A DNA stretch of 64,000 nucleotides from an uncultured archaeon (GTDB taxonomy: Archaea; Iainarchaeota; Iainarchaeia; Iainarchaeales; VGJJ01): assembly GCA_964363635.1 (NCBI GenBank), contig CAYIIU010000001.1:5112-69111 (forward strand), given 5' to 3'. Both the position numbers and the translations under genes were made by a program. Within the stretch, counting starts at the first letter, position 1, and the number at the start of each line of letters is the position of its first letter. The notes beneath the pieces were generated by a model. That model saw only the letters and a program-made list of their open reading frames with translations, made no database searches and was not told where the DNA came from. Below, in pieces: positions 27,439 through 37,032 of this stretch.

Positions 27439-28143
27439 ATGCCTGTTTATCGCCGTAATAGAAAGGTCAAAGTAATATCGGAATCGCGCACAATTCTTAG
27501 TTGGATATTTCGAAGATTATCAAAGAAACGACCAAAATCGCCTCATCTTTTGGCAACCAGCCGAATTGTTCGACGTAATGGAAGACGCACCTTTAAACTA
27601 GCCAAGGAATGGCTTTTCACGCACAGTGGGCTAAACCAAGTGGAAAAGGCATATGGTCTACCAGCAGGAGCTAAATTAGGAGATATTATCAACATGGCTG
27701 AAAAAAATGATCGGAAAAATCCGCTCAATGTGGTTGAGTGGGGATGTGGTGCAGGCGTAGCATTATCTGAATTAGCACAAAAAAATGAGTATGGAAATCG
27801 AACCCGTTTTTTCGGATTCTCCGATGAGGCCTTTTCGCAATGGGAAAAGTATTTGAAAGCGGTTTCGTTTATTCAAGCGCCTGCAACTGACTTTCAACAC
27901 TATTTGAAAAAAATTAGACCAGGGGTTATCTTTTCGCACTATGGGCTGATTCACCTTTCTCCAGCAGACCTTGCCCAACATATCAAAGAAATTGCTCCTT
28001 ATCTGCGCCCAAAAGGTTTTATTGTAACAGATTACAAATCAAGAGAATATGAAAATCCACAAATCATGATCGATATTTTCGCGCGGGCGGGTCTAAAATT
28101 GATGGCCACAGGCAAAAACGCACTCGTGTTCCAGAAGGACTAA
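27439..28143 (+). CDS. Putative SAM-dependent methyltransferase
   Basis: VVEWGCGAGVALSEL is motif I, the glycine-rich SAM loop. The very basic N-terminal 85 aa may not be translated. An internal start at MAEKND is possible. Confidence 0.45.
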   Translation: MPVYRRNRKVKVISESRTILSWIFRRLSKKRPKSPHLLATSRIVRRNGRRTFKLAKEWLFTHSGLNQVEKAYGLPAGAKLGDIINMAEKNDRKNPLNVVEWGCGAGVALSELAQKNEYGNRTRFFGFSDEAFSQWEKYLKAVSFIQAPATDFQHYLKKIRPGVIFSHYGLIHLSPADLAQHIKEIAPYLRPKGFIVTDYKSREYENPQIMIDIFARAGLKLMATGKNALVFQKD

Positions 28144-28149
28144 CGCTAA

Positions 28150-29580
28150 TTGCCAGCGCAACAATCGGGGAATCCATATAAAGCCCAATTTTACTCTGAG
28201 AGCATGCCTACCAACCTAGAGTATGCCTTCTCAGCGAAAAGCGTTGCCGTGATTGGGGCATCGCGAAACCCGGGAAAAATAGGGTATGTTACGCTGGAAA
28301 ACTTTGTGAAAGGGGGGTTTCGAGGCAAACTATTCGCGGTGAACCCGAGCGCGGAATCTATTCTGAATGTGAAATGTTTTCCATCCATTTCTGCCATCAA
28401 AGACAAGGTGGAATTAGCCGTCATCACCATCCCCGGAGAATTCGTCCCAAAAACGATTGAAGAATGCGGAAAAAAAGGTGTAAAGGCATGCATCATTATC
28501 TCCGCGGGATTTTCAGAAGTGGGAAACGCTCAACTGACTAAAAAATTGCAATCCGCCATGAACAAATACCCCTCCATGAAATGCATCGGACCCAATTGTT
28601 TGGGAGTGTTAGACACTCATTCCAATATTGACACCCTATTCTTGCCGCGCTACCGCTTGATGCGGCCTAAACGCGGAAAGATTTCCTTCATTTCTCAAAG
28701 CGGAGCATTGGGAAGCGCAGTGTTAGACTGGGCCGGAAGCAAAGAGTATGGAATCAACAAATTCATCTCATATGGAAATGCCATGAGCACGGACGAGGCG
28801 GATTTGTTGGAATATTTGGCCGAAGACAGGGATACGAAAGTCATTTGCGTGTACTTGGAAGGCGTGCGCAACGGACAGAAATTCTTCAAAGTTGCAAAGA
28901 AGGTCTCCGAGAAAAAACCCGTGATTATCATCAAAGGCGGAATGAGTGAAGCCGGAGGAAAAGCCACGGCCTCGCACACGGGAAGCCTGGCGGGAAACGC
29001 TAAAGTGTTTGATGCGGTGGTCAAACAGACCGGACTCATCCGCGCCGATAGCATGAGGCAAGTGTTTGATTACGCACGCGTGCTCGCGAGCGAACCTCGA
29101 CCCAAAGGAAACCGAGCGCAGATTATCACGAATGGAGGAGGATATGGGGTCCTCACCGCGGATGCATTATCCGATTCGTGCTTGAATTTGGCCGAGATGA
29201 GCGCCGAGTCGCGCAAACCCATTATCGCTGCGTCTCCTTCCTATGCCGTAATCAAAAACCCAATGGACTTAACGGGAGACGCGGACAACAACCGTTTTAT
29301 GGTAGCGATGGACAACGCACTCAAGGACGGGAATGTGGATTCCATTATTTTGATCCTATTATTCCAAGTTCCCACACTCGATTCGGATATTATTGAAGGC
29401 ATAAGCGGATTGCTCACGAAACGAACAAAGCCTGTTCTCGTGGTGAGCGCCGGCGGGGAATTTGCCAAAATGCACATGAAATTATTGGAAAAAGAAGGAA
29501 TACAAACATTCGAGGAACCCATTGACGCGGCGAATGCACTGCATGCGCTGACATATTATCATCATGGCAGTAAAAATTAA
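28150..29580 (+). CDS. Acyl-CoA synthetase (NDP-forming) alpha-type subunit / CoA-binding domain protein
   Basis: The N-terminal CoA-binding Rossmann fold reads KSVAVIGASRNPGKIGY. A succinyl-CoA-synthetase-like alpha domain contains SQSGALGSA and a CoA-ligase region. No beta subunit is adjacent. Confidence 0.6.
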   Translation: MPAQQSGNPYKAQFYSESMPTNLEYAFSAKSVAVIGASRNPGKIGYVTLENFVKGGFRGKLFAVNPSAESILNVKCFPSISAIKDKVELAVITIPGEFVPKTIEECGKKGVKACIIISAGFSEVGNAQLTKKLQSAMNKYPSMKCIGPNCLGVLDTHSNIDTLFLPRYRLMRPKRGKISFISQSGALGSAVLDWAGSKEYGINKFISYGNAMSTDEADLLEYLAEDRDTKVICVYLEGVRNGQKFFKVAKKVSEKKPVIIIKGGMSEAGGKATASHTGSLAGNAKVFDAVVKQTGLIRADSMRQVFDYARVLASEPRPKGNRAQIITNGGGYGVLTADALSDSCLNLAEMSAESRKPIIAASPSYAVIKNPMDLTGDADNNRFMVAMDNALKDGNVDSIILILLFQVPTLDSDIIEGISGLLTKRTKPVLVVSAGGEFAKMHMKLLEKEGIQTFEEPIDAANALHALTYYHHGSKN

Positions 29581-29934
29581 TTATTTCTGATGCACCAGAT
29601 TATTTTCAGCGTTTTTGTGATTATATTTTGCGAGAATTTCCTTCTGCACCATATTGAACGCTTCTTCGATGTCCACGTTTAATTGGTTTGCAAGGCGACA
29701 CATTCCAAAAAATAAATCTCCAATTCCGTCGACAAAAATTTCTTTTTTGTCCTTGATTATTTGAATCCGCTCCTCTTCGGATTTGTACCGCAAATGCTGG
29801 GACATTTCAATCAACTCCTCGTGCAGATGATCAAATTTGTCCACATTTGGAAAATCTTTCCATTTATTTCGCTCAGCAAAACCTCTAACGAGTTCCTGAG
29901 CACCTTTCATTGTTGTAATTTGCTTTTCTTCCAT
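29581..29934 (-). CDS. MazG-like nucleotide pyrophosphohydrolase
   Basis: HLHEELIEM and DGIGDLFFGMCRLANQLNVDIE match the MazG EExxE/D helices. The start is taken at MEEKQ. Confidence 0.5.
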   Translation of the reverse strand: MEEKQITTMKGAQELVRGFAERNKWKDFPNVDKFDHLHEELIEMSQHLRYKSEEERIQIIKDKKEIFVDGIGDLFFGMCRLANQLNVDIEEAFNMVQKEILAKYNHKNAENNLVHQK

Positions 29935-29947
29935 CTCATTCACGCTC

Positions 29948-31267
29948 CTATTTTTTTTCCACTGCAATTACCAGTTCTTCTTTCTTTTCCGGCTGGACTA
30001 ATTCTCCTTCACGCAGCAATTGTACGACCTTGTCAATATTATCTTTTTCTTCGAGCAGCTCGAACAAGCGTTTCACATCAATGCGCTTGTCCATGAGGGT
30101 TTGCTGCAGGTTTTTTTCGAGCAAATCAATCCCCATCTTCGATAACGAGGTGTTTGACTTATGCAGGGCGCGCAATTCATCCAAACGGAATGAAAATTCT
30201 CCCGTGGAAAACTTTTTCATGCACGAAAACAAGGCTTTGGACTCGAACTCTTTCACTAAAGGGGAAATATCCACATCTGCCTGCGTAAAACCCTTAGCGA
30301 GCGTGCCCGTGACCTTGAGGCGGTAAAGAGGGAGCATATCGTGCGTTAGTTTGGAATGAATCAAATCTTTTTCAATCACTTCGCGGCAGACTTTCAGAAT
30401 TTTCTGCGGCGTTCCGTCTTTGAATTTCAATTTGTGATAGTACAGTTTACGCTGCTTGGGAAGATGGTGCATTTCGAGTTGTTTGGTTTTCGTATCGTAG
30501 ATGTACCAACCCTTTGGTTTCTTCCCTTCGAGGTTTTTCATCTGGGTGAATACGGTTGAACCGGGAATCAACAATTTTTTGCCCTCCCACTCGGTCAATG
30601 AGGTCCAGTGCAAGTGTCCATTCAGGAGCAAATCGAATCCACTCGGAAGATTTTCCAACCCAATCGTGGCGACCATATCATCTTTGCTCGGGAGAAACTC
30701 TTTGATGGACTGATGAAGCACGAGAAGGTTGTGCACGTCCGAAATGGGTTGGGGATTGTACATCTTCAACGCCTCAAGGGCGCGCTTCTCGGGAATGCCG
30801 CTCATGCCGTGCACGGCGACTTTTTCGAGTTCGCCTTTTTCGTTCTTTTTTTCGATTAAAGCGTGGGAAGCATGCAAGCAAATGAGAAAATTCCCCGTTT
30901 CCAACACTTGCAGGGCGTTCTTCAAATCTTTTGAACGGTATTCGTGCGTGCCTGCAATGGCAATGAGGGGAATTCCTTGGTAATTGAATCCATTGGCAGA
31001 ACCATCTCTTTTTTGGTGAGTGATTTTTACTTCCGGGTCTTTCCCATTTTGAAGAATGCTCAACAAGTCGAAGGATTCGTTCCACACTTCCTGAATAGGA
31101 ATCTTGTGGTCAAAAAAATCCCCGGGGTGGATAATAGCATCCACATTTTGGTTGGCAATGCCTTCGAGGGCCTGCTTTAATGCGAGATACGCGTCCCCTT
31201 CACGTGAACTACCGCGGGCAAACCCTAAATGGGTGTCGGAAACGATGGCGAGGCGCATGAACACCAT
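29948..31267 (-). CDS. mre11: Mre11 DNA double-strand-break repair nuclease
   Basis: Phosphoesterase motifs I-V are present: IVSDTHLG, HPGDFFD, IAGTHE and GHLHW. There is a C-terminal coiled region. Confidence 0.8.
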   Translation of the reverse strand: MVFMRLAIVSDTHLGFARGSSREGDAYLALKQALEGIANQNVDAIIHPGDFFDHKIPIQEVWNESFDLLSILQNGKDPEVKITHQKRDGSANGFNYQGIPLIAIAGTHEYRSKDLKNALQVLETGNFLICLHASHALIEKKNEKGELEKVAVHGMSGIPEKRALEALKMYNPQPISDVHNLLVLHQSIKEFLPSKDDMVATIGLENLPSGFDLLLNGHLHWTSLTEWEGKKLLIPGSTVFTQMKNLEGKKPKGWYIYDTKTKQLEMHHLPKQRKLYYHKLKFKDGTPQKILKVCREVIEKDLIHSKLTHDMLPLYRLKVTGTLAKGFTQADVDISPLVKEFESKALFSCMKKFSTGEFSFRLDELRALHKSNTSLSKMGIDLLEKNLQQTLMDKRIDVKRLFELLEEKDNIDKVVQLLREGELVQPEKKEELVIAVEKK

Positions 31268-31325
31268 TACGGCGCGGACTCATTTAAGGATTGTGAATAA
31301 AATTGCCAAATTGAGCTTGAACTGA

Positions 31326-32009
31326 CTAGTACCCTTCCCCGTGCGCGGGCTTGATGTAGCGGTTTTCCAGCAGCCATTGGGGAAGGTATTGCACGCTCGG
31401 AATCATATTTTCACGCGCAAGCCCCTCGCGGGAAAACTTTTGAGCAGAGTGAAAACCGCTCAGCACGGCGCAGAAATCAACCCCCGCTCCGCGCGCAGTG
31501 AAATAATCAACGGTAAGATCACCCACATATAACATTTCATTTTTCTTGATGTAGTGCTTCTTGAACTGAAACAAGACTTCATCAAACGCCCGCGAATCCG
31601 GCTTCTTGAAAAAAGTGGACTGCTCTCCAAAAACGAAGGAGAAAATTTTAGGGTTTAATGCCGTGTATTCGATTCGCTCCAACAATTGCTCCGTAGGTTT
31701 GTTGGATAAAATCCCCAACTCGATATGATGCTCGTGCAGAAAATTAATGGTTTCCAGCGCGCCGGGGATTAAGGGATAACGCGAGGATTTACGAATTTTA
31801 GAGTACGCGGCAATGAACTCATTCACATCCGCATGAGGAAAAAGTGCGAGAATCATGGCGTGCCAAGGCTTCCCCCAGAATTTCAAAAAAGTCGAAAAAG
31901 CGGGCTTGGGCCACCCGAGAATTTGGGCGGTTTTGCAGTGGTTGCGGTACGAGGTTTCCCCACTCTTGACTAGGGTATCATCAAAATCGAATATAACAGC
32001 CTTGAGCAT
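31326..32009 (-). CDS. HAD-superfamily hydrolase
   Basis: VIFDFDDTL is HAD motif I and YVGDLTVD is motif IV. The start is taken at the internal Met MLKAVIFDFDDTL. Confidence 0.7.
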   Translation of the reverse strand: MLKAVIFDFDDTLVKSGETSYRNHCKTAQILGWPKPAFSTFLKFWGKPWHAMILALFPHADVNEFIAAYSKIRKSSRYPLIPGALETINFLHEHHIELGILSNKPTEQLLERIEYTALNPKIFSFVFGEQSTFFKKPDSRAFDEVLFQFKKHYIKKNEMLYVGDLTVDYFTARGAGVDFCAVLSGFHSAQKFSREGLARENMIPSVQYLPQWLLENRYIKPAHGEGY

Positions 32010-32183
32010 GCTCGTAAAACAACGCCTTGCATTAAAACCCTTGCCCAGATTATCCATATGGTCGCTCGGTGGATTTTGGGGAATGTAAAATTCCCCAAGA
32101 AGCCACATGATTGAATGTTGTAGGGGTACCGCCCCGCGGTACCCGTACGCATTTTGATCAAACTTTTGCGATAGCAAAAGTTT

Positions 32184-32254
32184 GCGGGGGTGGCAGAGAG
32201 GTTATGCGCCGGCCTGCAGAGCCGGATAGCCGAGTTCGATTCTCGGTCCCCGCT
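32184..32254 (+). tRNA. tRNA-Cys (anticodon GCA)
   Basis: The acceptor stem is GCGGGGG/TCCCCGC. The anticodon stem CCGGC/GCCGG flanks the loop CTGCAGA. The T-arm is CCGAG-TTCGATT-CTCGG. Confidence 0.85.
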
Positions 32255-32345
32255 TACGATTAGTAAACCGTACGCGCCAATCATCGGGTTAATCGGCGAT
32301 GCCCCGAGCACACCTTTTTATTGAATCAATACAGTAATAGATAGT

Positions 32346-32534
32346 ATGAGCGACACTGCTGTACTAAAAGCCATCCAAACCAGGCTTGAGACCATGGATA
32401 CTAAACTAAATGCCTTACTCGTGAAAGAGGAAGCTCCAACCAAAGAAGAACTACGCGCGATGAAACGCGGACATAAAGAAATCGCCGAAGGAAAAGTAAT
32501 TCCTTGGGAAACGGTAAAAGCTCGAAACCAATAA
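32346..32534 (+). CDS. Putative antitoxin, paralog of 21198-21419
   Basis: It ends AEGKVIPWETVKARNQ and lies immediately upstream of a RelE toxin. Confidence 0.55.
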   Translation: MSDTAVLKAIQTRLETMDTKLNALLVKEEAPTKEELRAMKRGHKEIAEGKVIPWETVKARNQ

Positions 32535-32546
32535 AGGCCCTCTATC

Positions 32547-32819
32547 ATGTCTGTCTATACTGTCGAATTGACGCGCGTAGCAGACAAACAATACACCAAA
32601 CTCGAACCCAAAATGAAAGAACGTATCAAAGAAGCCATTGACGCTCTCCGTGAAAACCCCGCACCAGTGAACCAATTCGATGTTACCAAAATAACTGGAA
32701 GCCAATCCGACTATCGTATCAGAATAGGAGACTATCGAATCCAATACACCGTAAACTGGAAAGAAAAATACGTCAAAGTGTACGACATTGACCGAAAGAA
32801 AGATCGAAGCTACAAATAA
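32547..32819 (+). CDS. RelE/StbE-family toxin, paralog of 21426-21698
   Basis: SDYRIRIGDYRIQYTVNWKEKYVKVYDIDRKKDR matches the RelE pattern. Confidence 0.7.
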   Translation: MSVYTVELTRVADKQYTKLEPKMKERIKEAIDALRENPAPVNQFDVTKITGSQSDYRIRIGDYRIQYTVNWKEKYVKVYDIDRKKDRSYK

Positions 32820-32929
32820 GCAATTTTTTCACCAAAAAGTATAGACCTATAATACCACGTTGACCCTAAGGAAATGGGCAATCAGGGTGTTGAATTACCA
32901 TGGACAGAGACCCGATCCGTTGTCCGGAC

Positions 32930-32945
32930 TCTCGGTCCCCGCTTA
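32930..32945 (+). repeat. 16-nt exact repeat of the tRNA-Cys 3' end (tctcggtccccgctta), an att-like site
   Basis: It is identical to 32241-32256 inside and just after tRNA-Cys. Confidence 0.55.
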
Positions 32946-33060
32946 TACTTTGGCGTTGAAGCGCTGTGGGAATAGTAGAAAAACGCGCTTTAACTGGGAT
33001 GCGAATCTTGGCTTGTCAATGTACCAAAAAAGATTTATTGAGGGATAGTAGACAATAAGC

Positions 33061-33405
33061 ATGTCATTAAAGAATCACAAACAGATATTTGCAGGAGCAC
33101 TAATTATAGTTTTTCTATTTTTTGCTTTTATTGTAAGTGGCTTTTTGGTAATTATAGAAGACAATTACGAAACTCCATGTGATGAACTTCCAACCACACA
33201 TGAATCCCAACAAATTTTATCAGCACACACCCAGGAACAAAATCAGGTAAACGCTATTTCCTTCGGAATGAGTATTGATACCTCTCGATGTCCTGGGAAA
33301 GCCGAAATTGTTATCAATTATCAAACTTTATCTGATCGACAAAAAATAAAAGACCTAATTGGAAACACTTTTTTTGGCATTCCCTATCGAATGAGCAACA
33401 ATTAA
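33061..33405 (+). CDS. Hypothetical small membrane-anchored protein
   Basis: The N-terminal TM helix is FAGALIIVFLFFAFIVSGFLVII. Confidence 0.4.
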   Translation: MSLKNHKQIFAGALIIVFLFFAFIVSGFLVIIEDNYETPCDELPTTHESQQILSAHTQEQNQVNAISFGMSIDTSRCPGKAEIVINYQTLSDRQKIKDLIGNTFFGIPYRMSNN

Positions 33406-33539
33406 ACAGGCAACAGCAAATTACCACGTTTCCAATTCGTTCAGAAACTCACCCTTACTCATTTTGATAAACTTTCCTTCATCATGTCTTTTCCAGGCTT
33501 TTTCAACGCGCTTAGAAAATATTGCATTATTCATAACAA

Positions 33540-33797
33540 TCAAATCCGCTTGTAAATAGTACTACGATGACCCACTACGCGCACCCAAATAATATCCGGG
33601 TTTCTTTCCACATCAACAATGGCGCGATAATCTCCAACCCGAATTTTGTGCCCATATTCTTTATCGTTAATGGATTCGATTCCGCGACCAGTTTGGGCCA
33701 CTTCACCCAATTTTCGAACAATCCGGGCCGCCACATCCTTTGGAAGCTTTTCTAACTGCTTCTCCGCTTTAGGGTCGTAACGGACCTCATAGGTCAT
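33540..33797 (-). CDS. RelE/ParE-family toxin
   Basis: HKIRVGDYRAIVDVERNPDIIWVRVVGHRSTIY is the ParE/RelE core. Confidence 0.65.
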   Translation of the reverse strand: MTYEVRYDPKAEKQLEKLPKDVAARIVRKLGEVAQTGRGIESINDKEYGHKIRVGDYRAIVDVERNPDIIWVRVVGHRSTIYKRI

Positions 33798-33988
33798 CGA
33801 AACTTCTTTTCCATTTCCTTTTGAGACTTAAACTCAATGTGAGCCCGTTTGCGGGATTCTTTTACTTGTGCTTTCGTTTCGTCATTTAATTCAAATTGGG
33901 ACTCTTCAAAGAGTTCTCTGAACTCATGCAAGTCCCTTTGGATTGCATCCACTTTAGTATTGATTTGTTTCAACTCAGTTTCAGTCAT
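33794..33988 (-). CDS. Putative antitoxin partner of the ParE/RelE toxin
   Basis: The 64-aa helical ORF overlaps the toxin start by 4 nt. Confidence 0.45.
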   Translation of the reverse strand: MTETELKQINTKVDAIQRDLHEFRELFEESQFELNDETKAQVKESRKRAHIEFKSQKEMEKKFR

Positions 33989-34123
33989 ATTAAATTAGGC
34001 GTCAAAAGACTATATAAAAATACCCACGCCAAATCGCCAAAAAAGCTTAAATCAGTTTATGTATCCAATCAGAGTCCAGAAAGTAGCACTTTAACACGCA
34101 GTATAGGAACGGCCTCCGCTTAT

Positions 34124-34333
34124 TTATTCCTTTATTCCGAGAGACACTAAACGTCGGCTGAAACGCGTGGAGAACTTTTTCGAGTGGCGGGATTTTTCAA
34201 CGATTTTATCAAAAACGGCTTCTCTTCGTTCATCGGATTCTCTCCGGTCTCGCTTGATTTCCCGCACGATTTCCCCCATTGAAACGGGGCTATTTTTGTC
34301 GGAATATTTATCAAATGGAAATTTCTTTTTCAT
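34124..34333 (-). CDS. Hypothetical small basic protein
   Basis: It overlaps the PIN gene end by 4 nt. No motif is recognised. Confidence 0.25.
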   Translation of the reverse strand: MKKKFPFDKYSDKNSPVSMGEIVREIKRDRRESDERREAVFDKIVEKSRHSKKFSTRFSRRLVSLGIKE

Positions 34334-34716
34334 AGATTCACCACCTGTGCATTAGGAAGGTTTCTAAAATCATTGTCGGAAGAAATGAGCAATGCTCCTG
34401 CGGAAAGGGCAGATTGATAGATGATGCTGTCCATGGAAGCGAGGTGATGCTGAACGCTTATCTCGGCGGATTTCAAAGCAATGTCTTCATCGATTGGAAC
34501 AATCGTGCTGTTTTCGTGCATGAAGCGAATGACTTCTTTGACGTAGGCTTCATTCGTCTTCAAGCGAATGAGACGGCGTGGCACTTCGTGAAAACAAACA
34601 ATGGACGTGAGCAATTTTCCTTCGTGGGAGTCCATCATTTTTCCCACCAGCTCGTCCGTGTGGAGGAAATAATCCAGCCAGATGCTCGAATCAATGAACA
34701 AGTTAGTATTTGTCAT
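34330..34716 (-). CDS. vapC: PIN-domain toxin (VapC-like)
   Basis: The N-terminus LFIDSSIWLDY carries a conserved Asp. The acidic PIN residues lie in FHEV...DSIIY...SSDNDF. Confidence 0.7.
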   Translation of the reverse strand: MTNTNLFIDSSIWLDYFLHTDELVGKMMDSHEGKLLTSIVCFHEVPRRLIRLKTNEAYVKEVIRFMHENSTIVPIDEDIALKSAEISVQHHLASMDSIIYQSALSAGALLISSDNDFRNLPNAQVVNL

Positions 34717-34933
34717 TCTTATCCCTCAATCCTTTCAAAATTTCCTTCATGGAAATATCCTTTCCTTCATCGGCCAAAAAGCCATGCAAGGACTTCGTCT
34801 TCTTCTGAATCAATTGGTTGATGACTGCATCATAGGTTTTCATGCCATACGCCTCCTTGAGCGAGTCTAAAAATTTCTTCGTGCCTTTTTCCACCTGAAT
34901 CGTTGTCGTGTCTACCACTAAAATCACCATCAA
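34703..34933 (-). CDS. vapB: Putative VapB-type antitoxin
   Basis: It is a small ORF of 76 aa that overlaps the PIN gene start. Confidence 0.45.
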   Translation of the reverse strand: MMVILVVDTTTIQVEKGTKKFLDSLKEAYGMKTYDAVINQLIQKKTKSLHGFLADEGKDISMKEILKGLRDKNDKY

Positions 34934-35016
34934 CTATAGTGCTATAGTATTTAAGAATTCGTGTGCGAGAACGCCGAGGAAGAGATGTTTAAACACATGC
35001 GAATACCCATAATGAT

Positions 35017-35622
35017 ATGGAAAATTCAACTGCTTTTTTCGAAGCCATTACCGCGTTGGAAGGACTCAAGAAACGCGCCCGCGCAGGATGGGTTAAGCGC
35101 GGCGTGAAAAATGCGGAAAGCGTTGCCGACCATTCATGGCGCGCAGGACTCATGGCCTACATGCTCGCGCCCGAAGGATACGATAAAGACAAAATGTTGA
35201 AGATGGGGCTCATTCATGACGCCACAGAAATATTTGGAGAGGATTACACCCCCGTAGATGGGATTGCGAAAGAAGAAAAAGAAAAAAAGGAACGTGAAAC
35301 GGCAGAAAACTATTTCAAATTGTTGCCTAAGAACTTGCAGAAAGAATTTCGCGGATTGTGGGAAGAATTTGAAGAACGAAAAACAAAAGAAGCGCAGTTC
35401 GTAAAACAAATCGAAATATTAGAAATGCTATTTCAAGCCCTGGAATATGAAACAGAAGAAAACTTCAAACAGGATTTGACGGAATGGTTGGAATACGAGA
35501 AAAACAATCGAAAAACAGAATGGCATCCGGTGCTAAAACATTATTTTGATGAAATTGACAAACGCTGGCCCGCGGAAGCGAAAAAGAAATTTGACGCGAG
35601 CAAATACAAGTACCATTACTAA
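35017..35622 (+). CDS. HD-domain phosphohydrolase, resembling the YfbR-type 5'-deoxynucleotidase
   Basis: RAGW...ESVADHS contains the H-D motif. LIHDATEIFGEDY contains the second HD. Confidence 0.7.
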   Translation: MENSTAFFEAITALEGLKKRARAGWVKRGVKNAESVADHSWRAGLMAYMLAPEGYDKDKMLKMGLIHDATEIFGEDYTPVDGIAKEEKEKKERETAENYFKLLPKNLQKEFRGLWEEFEERKTKEAQFVKQIEILEMLFQALEYETEENFKQDLTEWLEYEKNNRKTEWHPVLKHYFDEIDKRWPAEAKKKFDASKYKYHY

Positions 35623-35640
35623 ATAGTTGAAACAATATTG

Positions 35641-36867
35641 CTAAGCAAAAAGAAGTTTCAGAAACGCCGTCGTCGAAACCGTTTCATTCGAAGGGAACTT
35701 GGGTTCATTCAACCACGCGCGCGTCAAATGGGCACGCAGCGCAGGCTTCTGCGCCGCTTGAGCGAAAGTAAAGTCGAGCGCCGGGGCGAAAGAGGCGAGC
35801 GTGTGCAATTGTTTTGCGGAGGAAATATCATTTTCTAAATGAGCATTCAAAATGGTTTCGTATTCGTGCAGCATCGCATACGAAACATCATTTTTTTCCA
35901 ACGCGTTCGTAATGGTTTCCGCCGCAAGCTTGCCGGAAAGCAAATGGTTTCCCAACCCGTCGCCGGAAAACGATTCACCTAGACCTGCAGCGCTCCCTAG
36001 TAATACTGCCCCCGGAAATGCACGCGTGCGCGAATGCGATGCAAGAGAATGGGACCACATTTCAGAGTTTCCAACCAATTTGGCATCTTTGAAACGCGCC
36101 GCGAATGGTTCGCTGGCAAGAATTTTTTCGAATAATGTGGGAACGTGTATATTATTTTTCTGCGCATCCGCTAATTGCACGCTCAACCCGACGTTGCACG
36201 TGTTGTTTTCGAGCGGAGTAATCCAAAGTTGTGCACGTGTGCCATTGGAAAGAAAATGCACCTCTGCTTCGTCCGTCAAACCCTGCACATTTTCATAATA
36301 GCCGCGCACACATGAAAGAGAATGTTCCGGAACCACATCATTGGCGTTCAATTGTTGTGCGACCGTGGAAGAAATTCCATCCGCACCCACCACAATGCGC
36401 GAACGAATTTCTTTGGTTTCTTTCGTGGACAAATCCGCGATGCGAACGCCAACCACACGGTCGCCTTCTTTGAGCAAACCAACGACGTGGGTTTTTTCGC
36501 GGAACTCGCATGTTTTAGAAGCGTGTTCGAAAAGAATGTTGTCCAAGAATGTACTCTTTATTCCCCAGCCGTGGGTTTCGCCGCTCTCGACACGGGGTAG
36601 TCTTTGGGAGAAAATTTTTCCTCCGGGGGACGTGAAACGGATACCCCTCACTTTGGCGTGGGGCTTGCTTTCGAGGCGGGAAATAATGCCCATTTCTTCC
36701 ATCAGCGAGCGGCTTTTGCCTGCGAGACATAGGTCCCGGGAGGGTTTTTCCCGAGGAAAGGAAGCCTTGTCTAATAGTAAAACGCGGGCCCCTTTTTCCG
36801 CTGTTAAACGGGCGCAAACCGCGCCGGAAGGGCCCCCACCCACGACAATTACATCATAATCGGACAT
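35641..36867 (-). CDS. Geranylgeranyl reductase family FAD-dependent oxidoreductase
   Basis: DVIVVGGGPSGAVCARLTAEKGARVLLLDK is a Rossmann FAD-binding motif. The architecture is GGR-like. The start is taken at MSDYD. Confidence 0.8.
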   Translation of the reverse strand: MSDYDVIVVGGGPSGAVCARLTAEKGARVLLLDKASFPREKPSRDLCLAGKSRSLMEEMGIISRLESKPHAKVRGIRFTSPGGKIFSQRLPRVESGETHGWGIKSTFLDNILFEHASKTCEFREKTHVVGLLKEGDRVVGVRIADLSTKETKEIRSRIVVGADGISSTVAQQLNANDVVPEHSLSCVRGYYENVQGLTDEAEVHFLSNGTRAQLWITPLENNTCNVGLSVQLADAQKNNIHVPTLFEKILASEPFAARFKDAKLVGNSEMWSHSLASHSRTRAFPGAVLLGSAAGLGESFSGDGLGNHLLSGKLAAETITNALEKNDVSYAMLHEYETILNAHLENDISSAKQLHTLASFAPALDFTFAQAAQKPALRAHLTRAWLNEPKFPSNETVSTTAFLKLLFA

Positions 36868-36985
36868 ACCACCCATCACGCTAAAGGGCGTTAAAAGCGC
36901 TCCTATAGGAAATACCAAGGGAACGCAGGGCGTCGATTTTTAAATGATTCTCAGGGGTTTTTGAGTATCTAGAACACGAAAAGGA

Positions 36986-37023
36986 CGTTGGTTTTTCGCC
37001 AACGTTTTTTGCGAAGCAAAAAA
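36986..37023 (+). promoter_or_regulatory. Two adjacent T-run/A-run palindromes in the L10e 5' region
   Basis: They are cgttggtttttcgccaacg and ttttttgcgaagcaaaaaa. The first contains the reverse complement of GGCGAAAAAC. Confidence 0.35.
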
Positions 37024-37032
37024 GGTTGTTTT

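Noticed and set aside
36988-37032. N-terminal extension of L10e from the first ATG of the ORF
   Set aside because: The region contains two hairpin palindromes. The conserved L10e start MGLRPA is at 37033.
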